The notes below the pieces were generated by a model that was not told the DNA's origin, ran no database searches, and was given only the letters and a program-made list of their open reading frames with translations. Positions 18,786-28,842 of a DNA stretch of 40,545 bases are shown piece after piece (position 1 is the first letter of the stretch; each line of letters opens with the position of its first letter). The DNA comes from a virus (lineage: Duplodnaviria; Caudoviricetes). The stretch spans positions 1 to 40,545 of IMG/VR virus record IMGVR_UViG_3300006105_000042. One strand, given 5' to 3'. The translations under genes and the position numbers were made by a program.

Positions 18786-21488
18786 TTATAAGAGTTTTTC
18801 TACAGACATTGTGCCATGATTACTGTTAGTTGGAGATCCCATTGCGGTAACGCGATACATATAACCGTATTGATAATCAGTTATGTTTATTACAACTGTG
18901 TCTCCAGCTGAAACAAATGGATTACTAGGATTTAAACTTAAGTAGGCATTTTGAGCAGGTGATTGACCAGATCCACCAAATCCAGTAATAACACCATTAG
19001 CATAAGTAAGAGAGCCAGTCCATCCAAATACACTTAATGTTGAACTATCTGGTCCAGCAACTTGAACAACACCTGCAACAAATCTGAAGCGGACACCAGG
19101 ATAAGGAGTATTGCCAGTATCAATAACAGTTGAATCTGGAGAATTAAATGGTGCAGAATAAACGCCATCTGCATATCCACTTAATACGAGATTATTATTA
19201 TTATTCCATAAAGCATTAGTCTGATTTGGATCAACAGTTGGAAGATTGTTTATATAGACGTGTCCATTACTTCCTCCAGATACTCCTGGCCCACCTTGAA
19301 TAATTACATCTCCACCTACTGCAGTACTTTGACCACCACTAAGTGTTAATGTACCAGCTGCATAATCTCCTGTAGTATTACCAGCAAAAATATTAATATG
19401 CCCACCAATTCCATTAGAATTAGGCCCAGCAAATACATTGATTTGGCCAACATCTAATTGTAAAGTATCAGAACTTGTTCTATTTCCTACAATAATATTA
19501 ATATCACCGCCGCCGCGGCCACCATTACCAGAGTTTAAAGTGATGCCGCCGCCATGATAATCAGCAGATACACCAGAGGATAAAGTAATACCACCACCGC
19601 CTGAACTGCCTGCTCCAGCAGCTAATTGAATTTCTCCACCAACAGCATTTGGACCATTACCTGCATTTAGATAAACTGATCCACCATTATTTTGATCAGA
19701 TTGTCCTGCTTCTAAATTGATAGAACCACCTGCACCATAACCATAAGCGTATCCTCCTATGATATAAATTTCACCACCACCGGTATTACTTGATGCAGAA
19801 TTGGTACTATTATCTTGACCTGCTGAAATGACCCATGTGGCTGCAGCAGAAAGAGCATTTCCATTTGCATCAATAACATTTGATGGCATATATGAAAGTA
19901 CTCCAGGTGGAGACATCTGCGGTATCATATAAATGTCAGGCTGTGTTGATGAATTTATGCTATCTGCGAGCTCTGGTGAATATAGCCATTCATTAAATCC
20001 ATTAACCAAAACAATGCCTTGACCATTTTGAGTAAAGGAAATTTGATTTATATTTGAAAATGGAAAAAATCCACTTAAAGTAGTAAGAGATATATTAGTA
20101 TCAGCAAATTGAATTTGTACTTCATCATTTGCATTAACTTTATTTTGCATAATGAATATTGTTTTATCACCAGCATTATAAGTATTACCGCTTGAACTAT
20201 ATGTTGGAATAACTATAACTTGTGGTTGACCAGATCCATCTGATGTAATATTATAAACATCATAATTCATACCGACTTCGATTGATGAAGCAGAATTAGT
20301 AGTAAGAGATGCTACTCTTTTTCCGCCTGCAGATCCAGCATATCCACTCAGAACAACAGTATTATCAGAATTCCAAAGTGCATTAGTAATTCCTGGATCA
20401 TTTGTTGGTAAAGTTTCTAAGATAATATTACCGGGCAAATTATCACCAGAACCGGGTCTAAGTATTACAGATCCACCATTTGAGTTAACACTATTTCCAC
20501 CTAAAATAGAAACATTACCACCATTTGGACCAACACCTAAACCGCCATTGATTATGACTTCTCCAGGAGTGCCACTGTATGTTGCACCAGCATTTATATA
20601 AACAGTACCAGCAATACTATTTCCAGAAGCTCCTGCTTGAATATCAATAGATCCACCATGTGAATTTACATTAGCATATCCACTTCCAGCAGTAATATTA
20701 ATAGTTCCACCGTTAGTATTATCTTTGTTTTGATCTCCAGCAACTAAAGCTACACTGATACCATCGCCGTCATCTGGATGATCTGAATCATATGTTCCAA
20801 ACTGTACAGTTTGGCCACCTTGAGGAATTAAATTATAATCACCATCTGTTTCACCAGAATAGCAACCCCATTCATCATAATTATTAACTACCTTAAATCC
20901 GGAACCTACTGAATATAATTCTACTCTTTGAATTTTAGATGATGGATAATATCCAGCACCTTGACTTAAATCATAAAATGGGCTTTCATCTTGTGTTGTA
21001 ATTTCAATATATTCATTGTTTGCTTGATGTTCATAGACAAACAATGTAGTGTGGCCCGCATTAACTGGGTCAGCATATCCATTAAGATGTGTATTAGATA
21101 CATAGTTCCAAGCTGGAATGGTTATACTATTATTGACTCCAGTTCCATCAGATGTAATATAATAAACATCAACTGACATATTTGGAACAAATGGTGTATT
21201 TGCAACCATTGTAATATGTTGAATATTTTTAGCTGAATTACTTGAAAGAGTACCATCATTAGCTATGCTAAGACCGGATCCAACTTTAATTACACCTAAA
21301 GATGTAGTATTAGCTTTAGGTGTAGAATGAGTTATACTGGCATTTACAGTTTGAATAATTGTATTCACAGTAACAATATTTGAAGTTGGATACGTATTAG
21401 GATTACGTATAACTAAAAAAATATCATTATTACTTAAAACTGTAGCTTCAGGTAATGAACTAATTTTTATATCAGGATGTGTTGTCAT
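18786..21488 (-). CDS. Tail fibre/adhesin-like protein with Gly-rich beta repeats and an internal duplication
   Basis: KISSLP N-terminus, LGVIKVGSGLSI fibre motif and many GG-x-I-x-I-x-AG repeats. The module ending LPT-x-DP...NALWN...VLSGYA occurs twice. Confidence 0.75.
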   Translation of the reverse strand: MTTHPDIKISSLPEATVLSNNDIFLVIRNPNTYPTSNIVTVNTIIQTVNASITHSTPKANTTSLGVIKVGSGLSIANDGTLSSNSAKNIQHITMVANTPFVPNMSVDVYYITSDGTGVNNSITIPAWNYVSNTHLNGYADPVNAGHTTLFVYEHQANNEYIEITTQDESPFYDLSQGAGYYPSSKIQRVELYSVGSGFKVVNNYDEWGCYSGETDGDYNLIPQGGQTVQFGTYDSDHPDDGDGISVALVAGDQNKDNTNGGTINITAGSGYANVNSHGGSIDIQAGASGNSIAGTVYINAGATYSGTPGEVIINGGLGVGPNGGNVSILGGNSVNSNGGSVILRPGSGDNLPGNIILETLPTNDPGITNALWNSDNTVVLSGYAGSAGGKRVASLTTNSASSIEVGMNYDVYNITSDGSGQPQVIVIPTYSSSGNTYNAGDKTIFIMQNKVNANDEVQIQFADTNISLTTLSGFFPFSNINQISFTQNGQGIVLVNGFNEWLYSPELADSINSSTQPDIYMIPQMSPPGVLSYMPSNVIDANGNALSAAATWVISAGQDNSTNSASSNTGGGEIYIIGGYAYGYGAGGSINLEAGQSDQNNGGSVYLNAGNGPNAVGGEIQLAAGAGSSGGGGITLSSGVSADYHGGGITLNSGNGGRGGGDINIIVGNRTSSDTLQLDVGQINVFAGPNSNGIGGHINIFAGNTTGDYAAGTLTLSGGQSTAVGGDVIIQGGPGVSGGSNGHVYINNLPTVDPNQTNALWNNNNNLVLSGYADGVYSAPFNSPDSTVIDTGNTPYPGVRFRFVAGVVQVAGPDSSTLSVFGWTGSLTYANGVITGFGGSGQSPAQNAYLSLNPSNPFVSAGDTVVINITDYQYGYMYRVTAMGSPTNSNHGTMSVEKLL

Positions 21489-21524
21489 GGTTATCCAGCT
21501 TGAAAGTTGTTAAATATTTATAAA

Positions 21525-22502
21525 TTAATTGAATCTGTTCCAAGAGCCATTATAATACACATAAGAAGTAAATGTTGTTGTGCTTGTATCAAAATATAAT
21601 AACCCTTGAGTACCAGGCAGTGTTGGAGAACCTGTTCCAAATAATGTACCTTGTGGAGTTGGTGCAGATTTTATTCCAATAAGAATAACTTCATTTGTTA
21701 CAGAAGAAGTAAATGTTGTAGTTTCACTGATTGTTGATCCTATAGTTGGATATACTTTATGCCCAGCCCAACCATCACGTCCTGAAGCATTTACTATTGT
21801 TTGATCTACTGTCCAAGTAGGATCTGGAATTAATCCTGTACCTGTAGATGTAGAATATGAAAGTACTAATGCAAGATCATAAGATGTTGTTGCCGTAGTA
21901 GATTCTGTGTGATTAGTAGTTGAATTTATTTGTACTAATTTAGAAACATCTATTGAAGGAGGAGTACTAAATCCTGACACTTCAAACATTGCAAATATAC
22001 CAGATGATGCAGCAACAGTACCGCACTGCTGAGTTTGACTATCACCTGACTGAATTTTTTTATAATTAACTATAAGATTATCAGCGGCTTCACCTTGAGT
22101 TAAAATAGATGTAAATCCATTTCCATTTGCATTATATGAATTTGTATATGAAGACCAAAGAGCAATAATATAATTACCTGGTGTCAATGGATTAGGAAAA
22201 GTTCCAACTAATTGAGAGCTATTAGTAGTTCCACCCATAATAGATTGCACAACTTGTGGTGCATATACTTGCTGTGGTGTAGGTGTAACAGTAGGAATTC
22301 CAATTGGTATCCAGGTTGTTCCAGTACTATCAAGAATAAATGCTGCATTAGCTTCTAAGTCAGATACAATTTGACCAGGATATCTTCTTGCATGAGACAA
22401 GTATGAATTGCGAACAAAGGTATTTGCAAAAACTTGATCTACATCGACTGGTTGTGCTAACTGTCTTTGAAATACTAATGGAAATAATGTAGGTTGAGTC
22501 AT
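21525..22502 (-). CDS. Virion fibre/decoration protein
   Basis: Ser/Thr-rich beta protein. N-terminus is paralogous to 24986-27028 and C-terminus to 22891-23955. Confidence 0.65.
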   Translation of the reverse strand: MTQPTLFPLVFQRQLAQPVDVDQVFANTFVRNSYLSHARRYPGQIVSDLEANAAFILDSTGTTWIPIGIPTVTPTPQQVYAPQVVQSIMGGTTNSSQLVGTFPNPLTPGNYIIALWSSYTNSYNANGNGFTSILTQGEAADNLIVNYKKIQSGDSQTQQCGTVAASSGIFAMFEVSGFSTPPSIDVSKLVQINSTTNHTESTTATTSYDLALVLSYSTSTGTGLIPDPTWTVDQTIVNASGRDGWAGHKVYPTIGSTISETTTFTSSVTNEVILIGIKSAPTPQGTLFGTGSPTLPGTQGLLYFDTSTTTFTSYVYYNGSWNRFN

Positions 22503-22536
22503 GAATACTTATCCAATAATTAATATATTTTATTTA

Positions 22537-22806
22537 TTATGTATTGACAATCTGTCTTCTTCTATTTGTTGGAGATAAAGGCAGCTGAATCATTGTATAA
22601 CCAGTAATGGACATAATCTGTTGTGTAGCATCAGGAGCTCCAATTTGGGTATAACTAGTAATTGAAGTTACCTGTTGTGTAGCATCAGGAGCTCCAATTT
22701 GGGTATAACCAGTAATTGAAGTTACCTGCTGATTATCAGTAGATAAAGGATTTTGAGAAGAAACTGTTCCTACTGGTCCTGATGCAACTGGTCCAAATCC
22801 TGGCAT
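22537..22806 (-). CDS. Small virion-associated protein with an 18-aa tandem repeat
   Basis: QQVTSIT(G/S)YTQIGAPDAT repeated about 2.6 times. Confidence 0.6.
   Translation of the reverse strand: MPGFGPVASGPVGTVSSQNPLSTDNQQVTSITGYTQIGAPDATQQVTSITSYTQIGAPDATQQIMSITGYTMIQLPLSPTNRRRQIVNT
22595..22730. repeat. 54-bp tandem repeat
   Basis: Units starting at 22618 and 22672 differ at one base; a degenerate partial third copy is present. Confidence 0.9.
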
Positions 22807-22873
22807 TTATTTGTCCATCATAAAATATGCATTAGCTTTTATCATTGATTATCCAGCTTTTAAAATTATTTCA

Positions 22874-22881
22874 TATTTATA
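22874..22881 (-). promoter_or_regulatory. T4-type late promoter
   Basis: Exact TATAAATA on the - strand, intergenic. Confidence 0.75.
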
Positions 22882-22890
22882 ATATAAAAA

Positions 22891-23955
22891 TCAATTGAAT
22901 CTATTCCAAGTTCCATTATAATATATGTAAGAAGTAAATGGAGATGTATTTGTATCAAAATAACGATCACCTACCTGGCCGCTAATTGTTGGTGCACCAG
23001 AAGAAATAGTTTCAGTCTCACCTGTAATTGTATATGCACCGGCAACATTATCTACAAAAACCGAACATATATAATAGTCGCCTGACACAGTATAAACAAC
23101 AGATTGAGCACCTGCCGAGCCAACCACAGAGGTATAGGTTGCCGCCTTGATATCAGAAAATATATTAGTCTGTTGAACTGTTCCAGGTGTAACAGAAGTA
23201 ATATTTCCTCCGCGAACTGTGGCAAAATGAATTCCTATATCATTAACCTGCACGCTGCTTGCACTTGTAAGTGTTGTGCTGCCATCAGCATTTCCTTGTG
23301 TGTTGCGAATAGTTGCAGTACCCTGAAGCGTAACCATTTGACAGATGGCATTATAAGAATTATTAAAAATAACTGTTACATGCCCTGCTGTAATATCATC
23401 CGAGGTAAGTATCTTGCTGAAAGTTGCGCCCTGAATTCCAGAAGCACTGGAACTTTTCAGTGAGGTCCAACCAGATGGAGGCCCCGATGGACCATACCCA
23501 CCCGCTCCATTTAGAATTGCAAAATCTCCTGCAACAGTTCCAGTTGGGAAAGGTACATCAAAACTATTTGTGGATCCGCTAACATAGGAGTAACCGCGTA
23601 TTTGAGGTGGTACATTAGTAGATGTAGCTGTATATCCACCGCCACCGGTAAAATTATCTTTATTAGCTGCACAAGCAATTGTTGCTGAACCTGTTAAAGA
23701 AAGCAAAGAACCAGTAGAGCTTTGAAAATATTGATCAGTTCCTGGACCAGGTCTTGTTATTGTAGTTCCATCATAAACTCCAACTCCAATTTCCCAAGCT
23801 GTACCATCTTGAATAAGATAGCTATAAGATTGTCCTACTACTGCTCCTGCAGCTGACCAGCTTTGATATGGTGATACTGCTGAACCAAGGGTAACTGTTC
23901 CAGTACCAGTTGTGGCTGTTGAAACTTCAACGCGATTAAGAAGAAGACCGGTCAT
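22891..23955 (-). CDS. Virion fibre/decoration protein
   Basis: N-terminal NRV...[10 protein letters not shown]...WEIGVG module and C-terminal GAPT...GDRYFDT...YYNGTW module. Confidence 0.65.
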   Translation of the reverse strand: MTGLLLNRVEVSTATTGTGTVTLGSAVSPYQSWSAAGAVVGQSYSYLIQDGTAWEIGVGVYDGTTITRPGPGTDQYFQSSTGSLLSLTGSATIACAANKDNFTGGGGYTATSTNVPPQIRGYSYVSGSTNSFDVPFPTGTVAGDFAILNGAGGYGPSGPPSGWTSLKSSSASGIQGATFSKILTSDDITAGHVTVIFNNSYNAICQMVTLQGTATIRNTQGNADGSTTLTSASSVQVNDIGIHFATVRGGNITSVTPGTVQQTNIFSDIKAATYTSVVGSAGAQSVVYTVSGDYYICSVFVDNVAGAYTITGETETISSGAPTISGQVGDRYFDTNTSPFTSYIYYNGTWNRFN

Positions 23956-24950
23956 GTCGAGCTTTGTACTCCAAGTTCAATAGCAGCAGCTGCAGATGAT
24001 GTCCAAGCAGATGATGTGGCGGGATCCACGGTCCACGAATTAAAATATGAATCATATCCGGCTGAAAGCGAAATTGCAGTACTTACATAATTTGTTCCAC
24101 CCAAACAAAGACAAAGTTTAATGTTTGCTGGCCCGGCCCCTTGAACACGAGCTCTTGCAGCTACACCACGAGCAAGTACATTATAAGAACTAAGGTTAAG
24201 TGTACTTTGATAAAATGTATCAGTAAGATCAGCTGAAGCGGCATACATATAATTTGCATCATTGAGAGGAATGGCTGACATATCGCCTACTTTAGTTGTA
24301 CCTACACCAGTCCATCCATTATTTGTTGCACTTTCAGTATCAAATCTATCTGTAACTAAAATACGGCCAATGGTTGAGGTCGTGTCGCAAATTACTTGTG
24401 AGTGGTTGGTATCAACCGCATTACCATATTGACCGTTCCAGCCGCTGAAAACCAGACTTGTGATGCCGCTCCATCCAGAATGATTAAGGCCCGTTGAAGT
24501 GAAAAGCTGCGCTCCGGCGACATAGACCGTAAAACTCCCACTCCCGCCAGCTACAATGTGAATGTCAAGGGTGTTCAGAAGTTGAAGTTCAATATGAAAC
24601 GTACCAACAGAGGTCAGGGAGCCGCTTTGGAGAGTATAGGCGGTGCAACTTGGGTTGCTTCCTGACATTACAATTTGCGCAACGACCGTTGCTCCATTAT
24701 AGAATATGAAAATAGGGCTTCCGCCACCGTTGTAATTGCCCGAATAGAGCACATCGTGCATCCAGAAGTCAGCGGCTGAAGGCCAGCTAGGCGAGCGGGC
24801 AAAGGTCGTGCCTCCCAAACACCCAATGGCACAACGCGAATATGATGAATTGAAATATGTACTATCAGTTGTTTCGTAGGTGTTTCCATCTGAAGCAATA
24901 AAGGTCGAAAGCTCACCGCCAAAGAATGGAAGCGCAGAAATTGTAGACAT
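23952..24950 (-). CDS. Virion structural protein, possibly a lectin-like beta sandwich
   Basis: Ser/Thr/Gly-rich; C-terminal DPATSSAWT motif; ATGA overlap with the next gene. Confidence 0.55.
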   Translation of the reverse strand: MSTISALPFFGGELSTFIASDGNTYETTDSTYFNSSYSRCAIGCLGGTTFARSPSWPSAADFWMHDVLYSGNYNGGGSPIFIFYNGATVVAQIVMSGSNPSCTAYTLQSGSLTSVGTFHIELQLLNTLDIHIVAGGSGSFTVYVAGAQLFTSTGLNHSGWSGITSLVFSGWNGQYGNAVDTNHSQVICDTTSTIGRILVTDRFDTESATNNGWTGVGTTKVGDMSAIPLNDANYMYAASADLTDTFYQSTLNLSSYNVLARGVAARARVQGAGPANIKLCLCLGGTNYVSTAISLSAGYDSYFNSWTVDPATSSAWTSSAAAAIELGVQSST

Positions 24951-24985
24951 GTATTAATCTCCCATAACCTGTGCTTTAAAAATAA

Positions 24986-27028
24986 TCATGCTGTAATTCC
25001 TTTGAAAGTAATACCTACATTTTGTATTGCTGCATCTGATATACTAACATTAGCTAAAAGTGTATCGCCTGGAACAAATACTGTAGAATCACTAGTGCTT
25101 CCTTGCGAATATCCATTAGAGAATATAGTAATAGTTCCTATTTGTGTTGTATTTTTATATATACTTAATACAAATGTTCCAGATGGTGGAGTTCCTACTG
25201 AACATTGAAATCCATTAAAGTTTGTTTGAATATCTATATTTGATACTGTATTATAAATTAATAAAGTTTCATTTGCGCCGGGTGTAGTAGTGAAGAAAAA
25301 TGCAATGGGATGAGTTGCTAATACTGTATTAGCTATCCATTTACTAGTTGCGTTATCATATTTTAGATATTGGCCATCGATGCCTGCACTTTCAGCTACA
25401 TTAACATCGGTTAAAGCTGAAAGAGTAGATACTCCTCCATATGGATATCCATTTGGATAATTAATACTTGATGTATTAAGAGGTAAACTTATATTACCAG
25501 ATTTAGTAAACTGCCAAGTATTATTACCTGCTGTTATATTAACTTGTGCAGGAAGTCTAGGAGTAACATTAAAAGTCAATGCAGACCATGTACTACCATC
25601 TGTTGTTGAAGTATGTCCTAGATAAAAATTGGAAAACTCATCACCAATTGCAACAAATAATCCAGATGAATTGACTGTTACTGAAGTTAGAGCTATAGGA
25701 CCAGTAGTGCTATTGATTAATGCTGGTGTAGTCCAATTACTACCATCAGAAGATTTAGCGTATACTGGACCAACTTGGCCAAATCCGACAGCAATAAATA
25801 ATCCAGATGAATTGACTGTTACTGAAGTCATAAATCCAATAGAAGTGCTACCATTCATTACTGCAGGAGTAGTCCAATTACTACCATCAGACGAAGTGGC
25901 ATATAATGGATAACCACTATTACCATCAAGTCCGACAGCAACAAATAATCCAGATGAATTGACTGTTACTGAAGTCAATAGTACAGGAGAAGTGCTACCA
26001 TTCATTACTGCAGGAGTAGTCCAATTACTACCATCAGACGAAGTGGCATATAATGGATAATCATTATTACCAATGCCAACAGCAATAAATAATCCAGATG
26101 AATTGACTGTTACTGAATTCATTTGCGCATATGAAGTACTGCCATTCATTAATGCAGGAGTAGTCCATGCAGTTCCATCTGCTGAAGTGGCATATAATGG
26201 ATAATTATTATTATTAAAACCAACTGCAACGAACAGACCAGCTGAGTTTACTGTTATTGATTGCATATGTGCATATGAAGTACTATCATTCATTAATGCA
26301 GGAGTAGTCCATGCGGTTCCATCAGACGAAGTGGCATATAATGGATAAGTATTATTATCGTATCCAATTGCAACGAACAAACCGGCTGAGTTTACTGTTA
26401 CTGAAGTCAATAGTGCATATGAAGTACTGCCATTCATTAATGCAGGATTAGTCCACGTGATTCCATCAGTTGATGTAGCATATAGTGGATAATAAGTATT
26501 ATTATCGTATCCTACAGCAACAAATAATCCAGATGAATTGACTGTTATTGAAGTCATTATTGCATATGGATAATCTGGAGAAGTTCCAATTATATTGGTA
26601 TTTCCTGTAGAATTCAAAAGATTTATATTTGCACCAGTCAAACTAGTGGAAATAGTAGTATTATTAAATGTAATATTACCCGTGTTTACAGTTGCAGATA
26701 CAGTATTTGCTACCCATTTCCCGGTTGCATTATCATATTTCAGATATTGGCCATCGATGCCTACACCTTCAGTTACATTAACATCAGTTAATCCATGTAG
26801 AGTACTAGAACCACTTCCACCAGATCCCGCTGATAACCAAGTAGTTCTAGTACTATCAAGAACAAATATTGCATTAGCTTCTAGATCAGATACAATTTGT
26901 CCTGCATATCTTCTAGGACTAGTTAAGTATGCATTACGATTAAATGTATTAGAAAATACGGTATCTACATCAAGAGGAGATGCTATTTGTCTTTGAAATA
27001 CTATTGGTAATAATGTAGGTTGAGTCAT
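24986..27028 (-). CDS. Fibre/receptor-binding protein with a seven-repeat beta-propeller-like domain
   Basis: Seven 47-49 aa repeats containing S-x-D-G-x-x-W (Asp-box-like), flanked by two LTDVNV...DGQYLKYDNAT-x-KW-x-ANTV fibre modules. Confidence 0.75.
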   Translation of the reverse strand: MTQPTLLPIVFQRQIASPLDVDTVFSNTFNRNAYLTSPRRYAGQIVSDLEANAIFVLDSTRTTWLSAGSGGSGSSTLHGLTDVNVTEGVGIDGQYLKYDNATGKWVANTVSATVNTGNITFNNTTISTSLTGANINLLNSTGNTNIIGTSPDYPYAIMTSITVNSSGLFVAVGYDNNTYYPLYATSTDGITWTNPALMNGSTSYALLTSVTVNSAGLFVAIGYDNNTYPLYATSSDGTAWTTPALMNDSTSYAHMQSITVNSAGLFVAVGFNNNNYPLYATSADGTAWTTPALMNGSTSYAQMNSVTVNSSGLFIAVGIGNNDYPLYATSSDGSNWTTPAVMNGSTSPVLLTSVTVNSSGLFVAVGLDGNSGYPLYATSSDGSNWTTPAVMNGSTSIGFMTSVTVNSSGLFIAVGFGQVGPVYAKSSDGSNWTTPALINSTTGPIALTSVTVNSSGLFVAIGDEFSNFYLGHTSTTDGSTWSALTFNVTPRLPAQVNITAGNNTWQFTKSGNISLPLNTSSINYPNGYPYGGVSTLSALTDVNVAESAGIDGQYLKYDNATSKWIANTVLATHPIAFFFTTTPGANETLLIYNTVSNIDIQTNFNGFQCSVGTPPSGTFVLSIYKNTTQIGTITIFSNGYSQGSTSDSTVFVPGDTLLANVSISDAAIQNVGITFKGITA
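25585..26570. repeat. Tandem ~144-bp coding repeats (7 copies)
   Basis: Recurring AATAATCCAGATGAATTGACTGTTACTGAAG and GAAGTGGCATATAATGGATAA blocks. Confidence 0.9.
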
Positions 27029-28014
27029 TAGATGAACACTTGATAATTTACAACTTGTGAATATGGCTCAACTGGAATGAATGTATATACCTTATATGAT
27101 ATTGGACTATACCCATTAGCACCTGATACATTTACAAGTGTTTTGTCAAAAGAAGCTTTAATTTCATTATAAGCATATTCTACATATTTAACAGAAGTTA
27201 CATCTCGTTCTGTTGCAGGATATGCAAATATTACTGCAGCCGCACCAATTGGAACTGTAATTGTAAAGTTTGGATTTCCACCTTCTCCAACATTAAATGT
27301 AGATGATAAAGCACGAATCTCAGCATTTGTTGTAGGAACAACTGGATTCGTCGATGTTCCATAAAATGCTTTACGTGATCCAGTAAATGTAATATTACCA
27401 GATGTTGCTGTACCGGCTTGAATCTGACCAGTAGCATTTGCATTGCCTTGGGTATCAGTTTTTACTGGACCTTGTGCGTATGCAATGTGTGCATTATATG
27501 TAATAGGTGTTTCTGTAATTTGCACTGAACTATCAGTATATGAAGTTGATGTAGAAAGTTGTGCAGAATTTTTATAGAGCACATATGCTCCAGCCGCACC
27601 ACCATCGTGTTGAGTATATGTTCCAGTAAGAGCAATATTTTGTGTTGTACCAACTTCAATATTGCCTGGCGATGGACTTGATCCAAGAGATAGTGTAGGT
27701 GCAGTATAGGTTGGTGGAATTGGAGGAGCTATATAAATTGAAATAGCTTCTACAAATTGCTGAAATGTCATGCCCGCTGGAAACACATAACCAGAACTAA
27801 CTGCACCTATAGTTGTTCCAGTAACAGTAACGTTAGCAGTTAAAGCCCCAGCTGCAGCACCAGCATAATGAGCAACAGCATTTGCAAATACACCAAACTC
27901 GATAGTATTAGTTGTTGGTTGTGTATCAATATTATTAGTAACAACTATAATATCAGTATTTGATATACTTGTAGTTCGTGGAATATCATTTATTAAAATA
28001 TCAACTATTGGCAT
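27028..28014 (-). CDS. Virion structural protein
   Basis: Thr-rich beta protein; N-terminus resembles that of 18786-21488; TAATG-coupled to the next gene. Confidence 0.6.
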   Translation of the reverse strand: MPIVDILINDIPRTTSISNTDIIVVTNNIDTQPTTNTIEFGVFANAVAHYAGAAAGALTANVTVTGTTIGAVSSGYVFPAGMTFQQFVEAISIYIAPPIPPTYTAPTLSLGSSPSPGNIEVGTTQNIALTGTYTQHDGGAAGAYVLYKNSAQLSTSTSYTDSSVQITETPITYNAHIAYAQGPVKTDTQGNANATGQIQAGTATSGNITFTGSRKAFYGTSTNPVVPTTNAEIRALSSTFNVGEGGNPNFTITVPIGAAAVIFAYPATERDVTSVKYVEYAYNEIKASFDKTLVNVSGANGYSPISYKVYTFIPVEPYSQVVNYQVFI

Positions 28015-28031
28015 GGATCAATCCGATACTA

Positions 28032-28676
28032 TTAAGGAAGATTTTGTGTACCGCCAGTAACTCCCTTGCCACCATTCTTGATGAACACTAAAGTTTCATA
28101 CAATACACGGCCTGCACGACCACCAAGGGCCAGCTTATAATTTGAAGCTGTATCACCGCCGGAACCAGCAGAAGCACCACCAGTAGAATTAGCAATGGCT
28201 AAAGTTACTACTGAAACATTGGCAAACCCTGCACCACCATTTACTACAGATGTCGCAACAATACCGCCAGTTGTATTTGTAGTAATAGCAACTGTAGCAT
28301 TTGATGTTCCACCGCTGAGAACAAACTTATCTGTATTACTATAAGATAATCCAGATGGTGTTACAACTGTCAGCGATGTTACTGGGCCAGTTCCAATAGT
28401 AGCATTTATCCAACCAGGAGAAATACCCTTTGAACCCGTTGCAGTATATCTTGATTGAACAACTGCAGTATTAACACCAAATGTTCCAACTGCTTCTAAT
28501 GCTTCAAAAGCACCAACAGTTGTATTACTGAAAGTGCTTAGATCATTAGGACGAGCTGCTGAAGAGGTTACTACATTACCTGTACCAGTCAGACGCTTAC
28601 CAGCTACACGGTCAACAACAAATGTGGTCGACTTTGGAGCATTATTTTGTTGATTTAATTTTCCCCATAAAGGCAT
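28032..28676 (-). CDS. Virion structural protein (MPLWG...GRV-x-YETLV type)
   Basis: MPLWG N-terminus, PGW and GGRAGRVLYETLV motifs typical of environmental T4-like virion proteins; SD AAGGAG and its own late promoter. Confidence 0.7.
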   Translation of the reverse strand: MPLWGKLNQQNNAPKSTTFVVDRVAGKRLTGTGNVVTSSAARPNDLSTFSNTTVGAFEALEAVGTFGVNTAVVQSRYTATGSKGISPGWINATIGTGPVTSLTVVTPSGLSYSNTDKFVLSGGTSNATVAITTNTTGGIVATSVVNGGAGFANVSVVTLAIANSTGGASAGSGGDTASNYKLALGGRAGRVLYETLVFIKNGGKGVTGGTQNLP

Positions 28677-28701
28677 TAGTTATCTCCTTTGTTATTAGTA
28701 C

Positions 28702-28709
28702 TATTTATA
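28702..28709 (-). promoter_or_regulatory. T4-type late promoter
   Basis: Exact TATAAATA upstream of the fibre gene block. Confidence 0.85.
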
Positions 28710-28842
28710 ATAGATTGTGAATCTCTAACAAAGAAGATCGGCCTTAGGTCCATAATGACTTTATTAGTCGATCCATTAGTCAGTTGTTTAACCACAGTGT
28801 TAGAAGAATCTAGAATCATGGCCTTTTGAGATAGAGTTACTA

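Noticed and set aside
21525-22962. Similar 3' ends of two fibre genes as a DGR template/variable repeat pair
   Set aside because: The mismatches involve all four bases rather than being adenine-specific, both copies are coding, and no reverse transcriptase is present in the window.
22595-26570. Tandem repeats as a CRISPR array
   Set aside because: The repeats are in frame and protein-coding, with no unique spacers and no cas genes.
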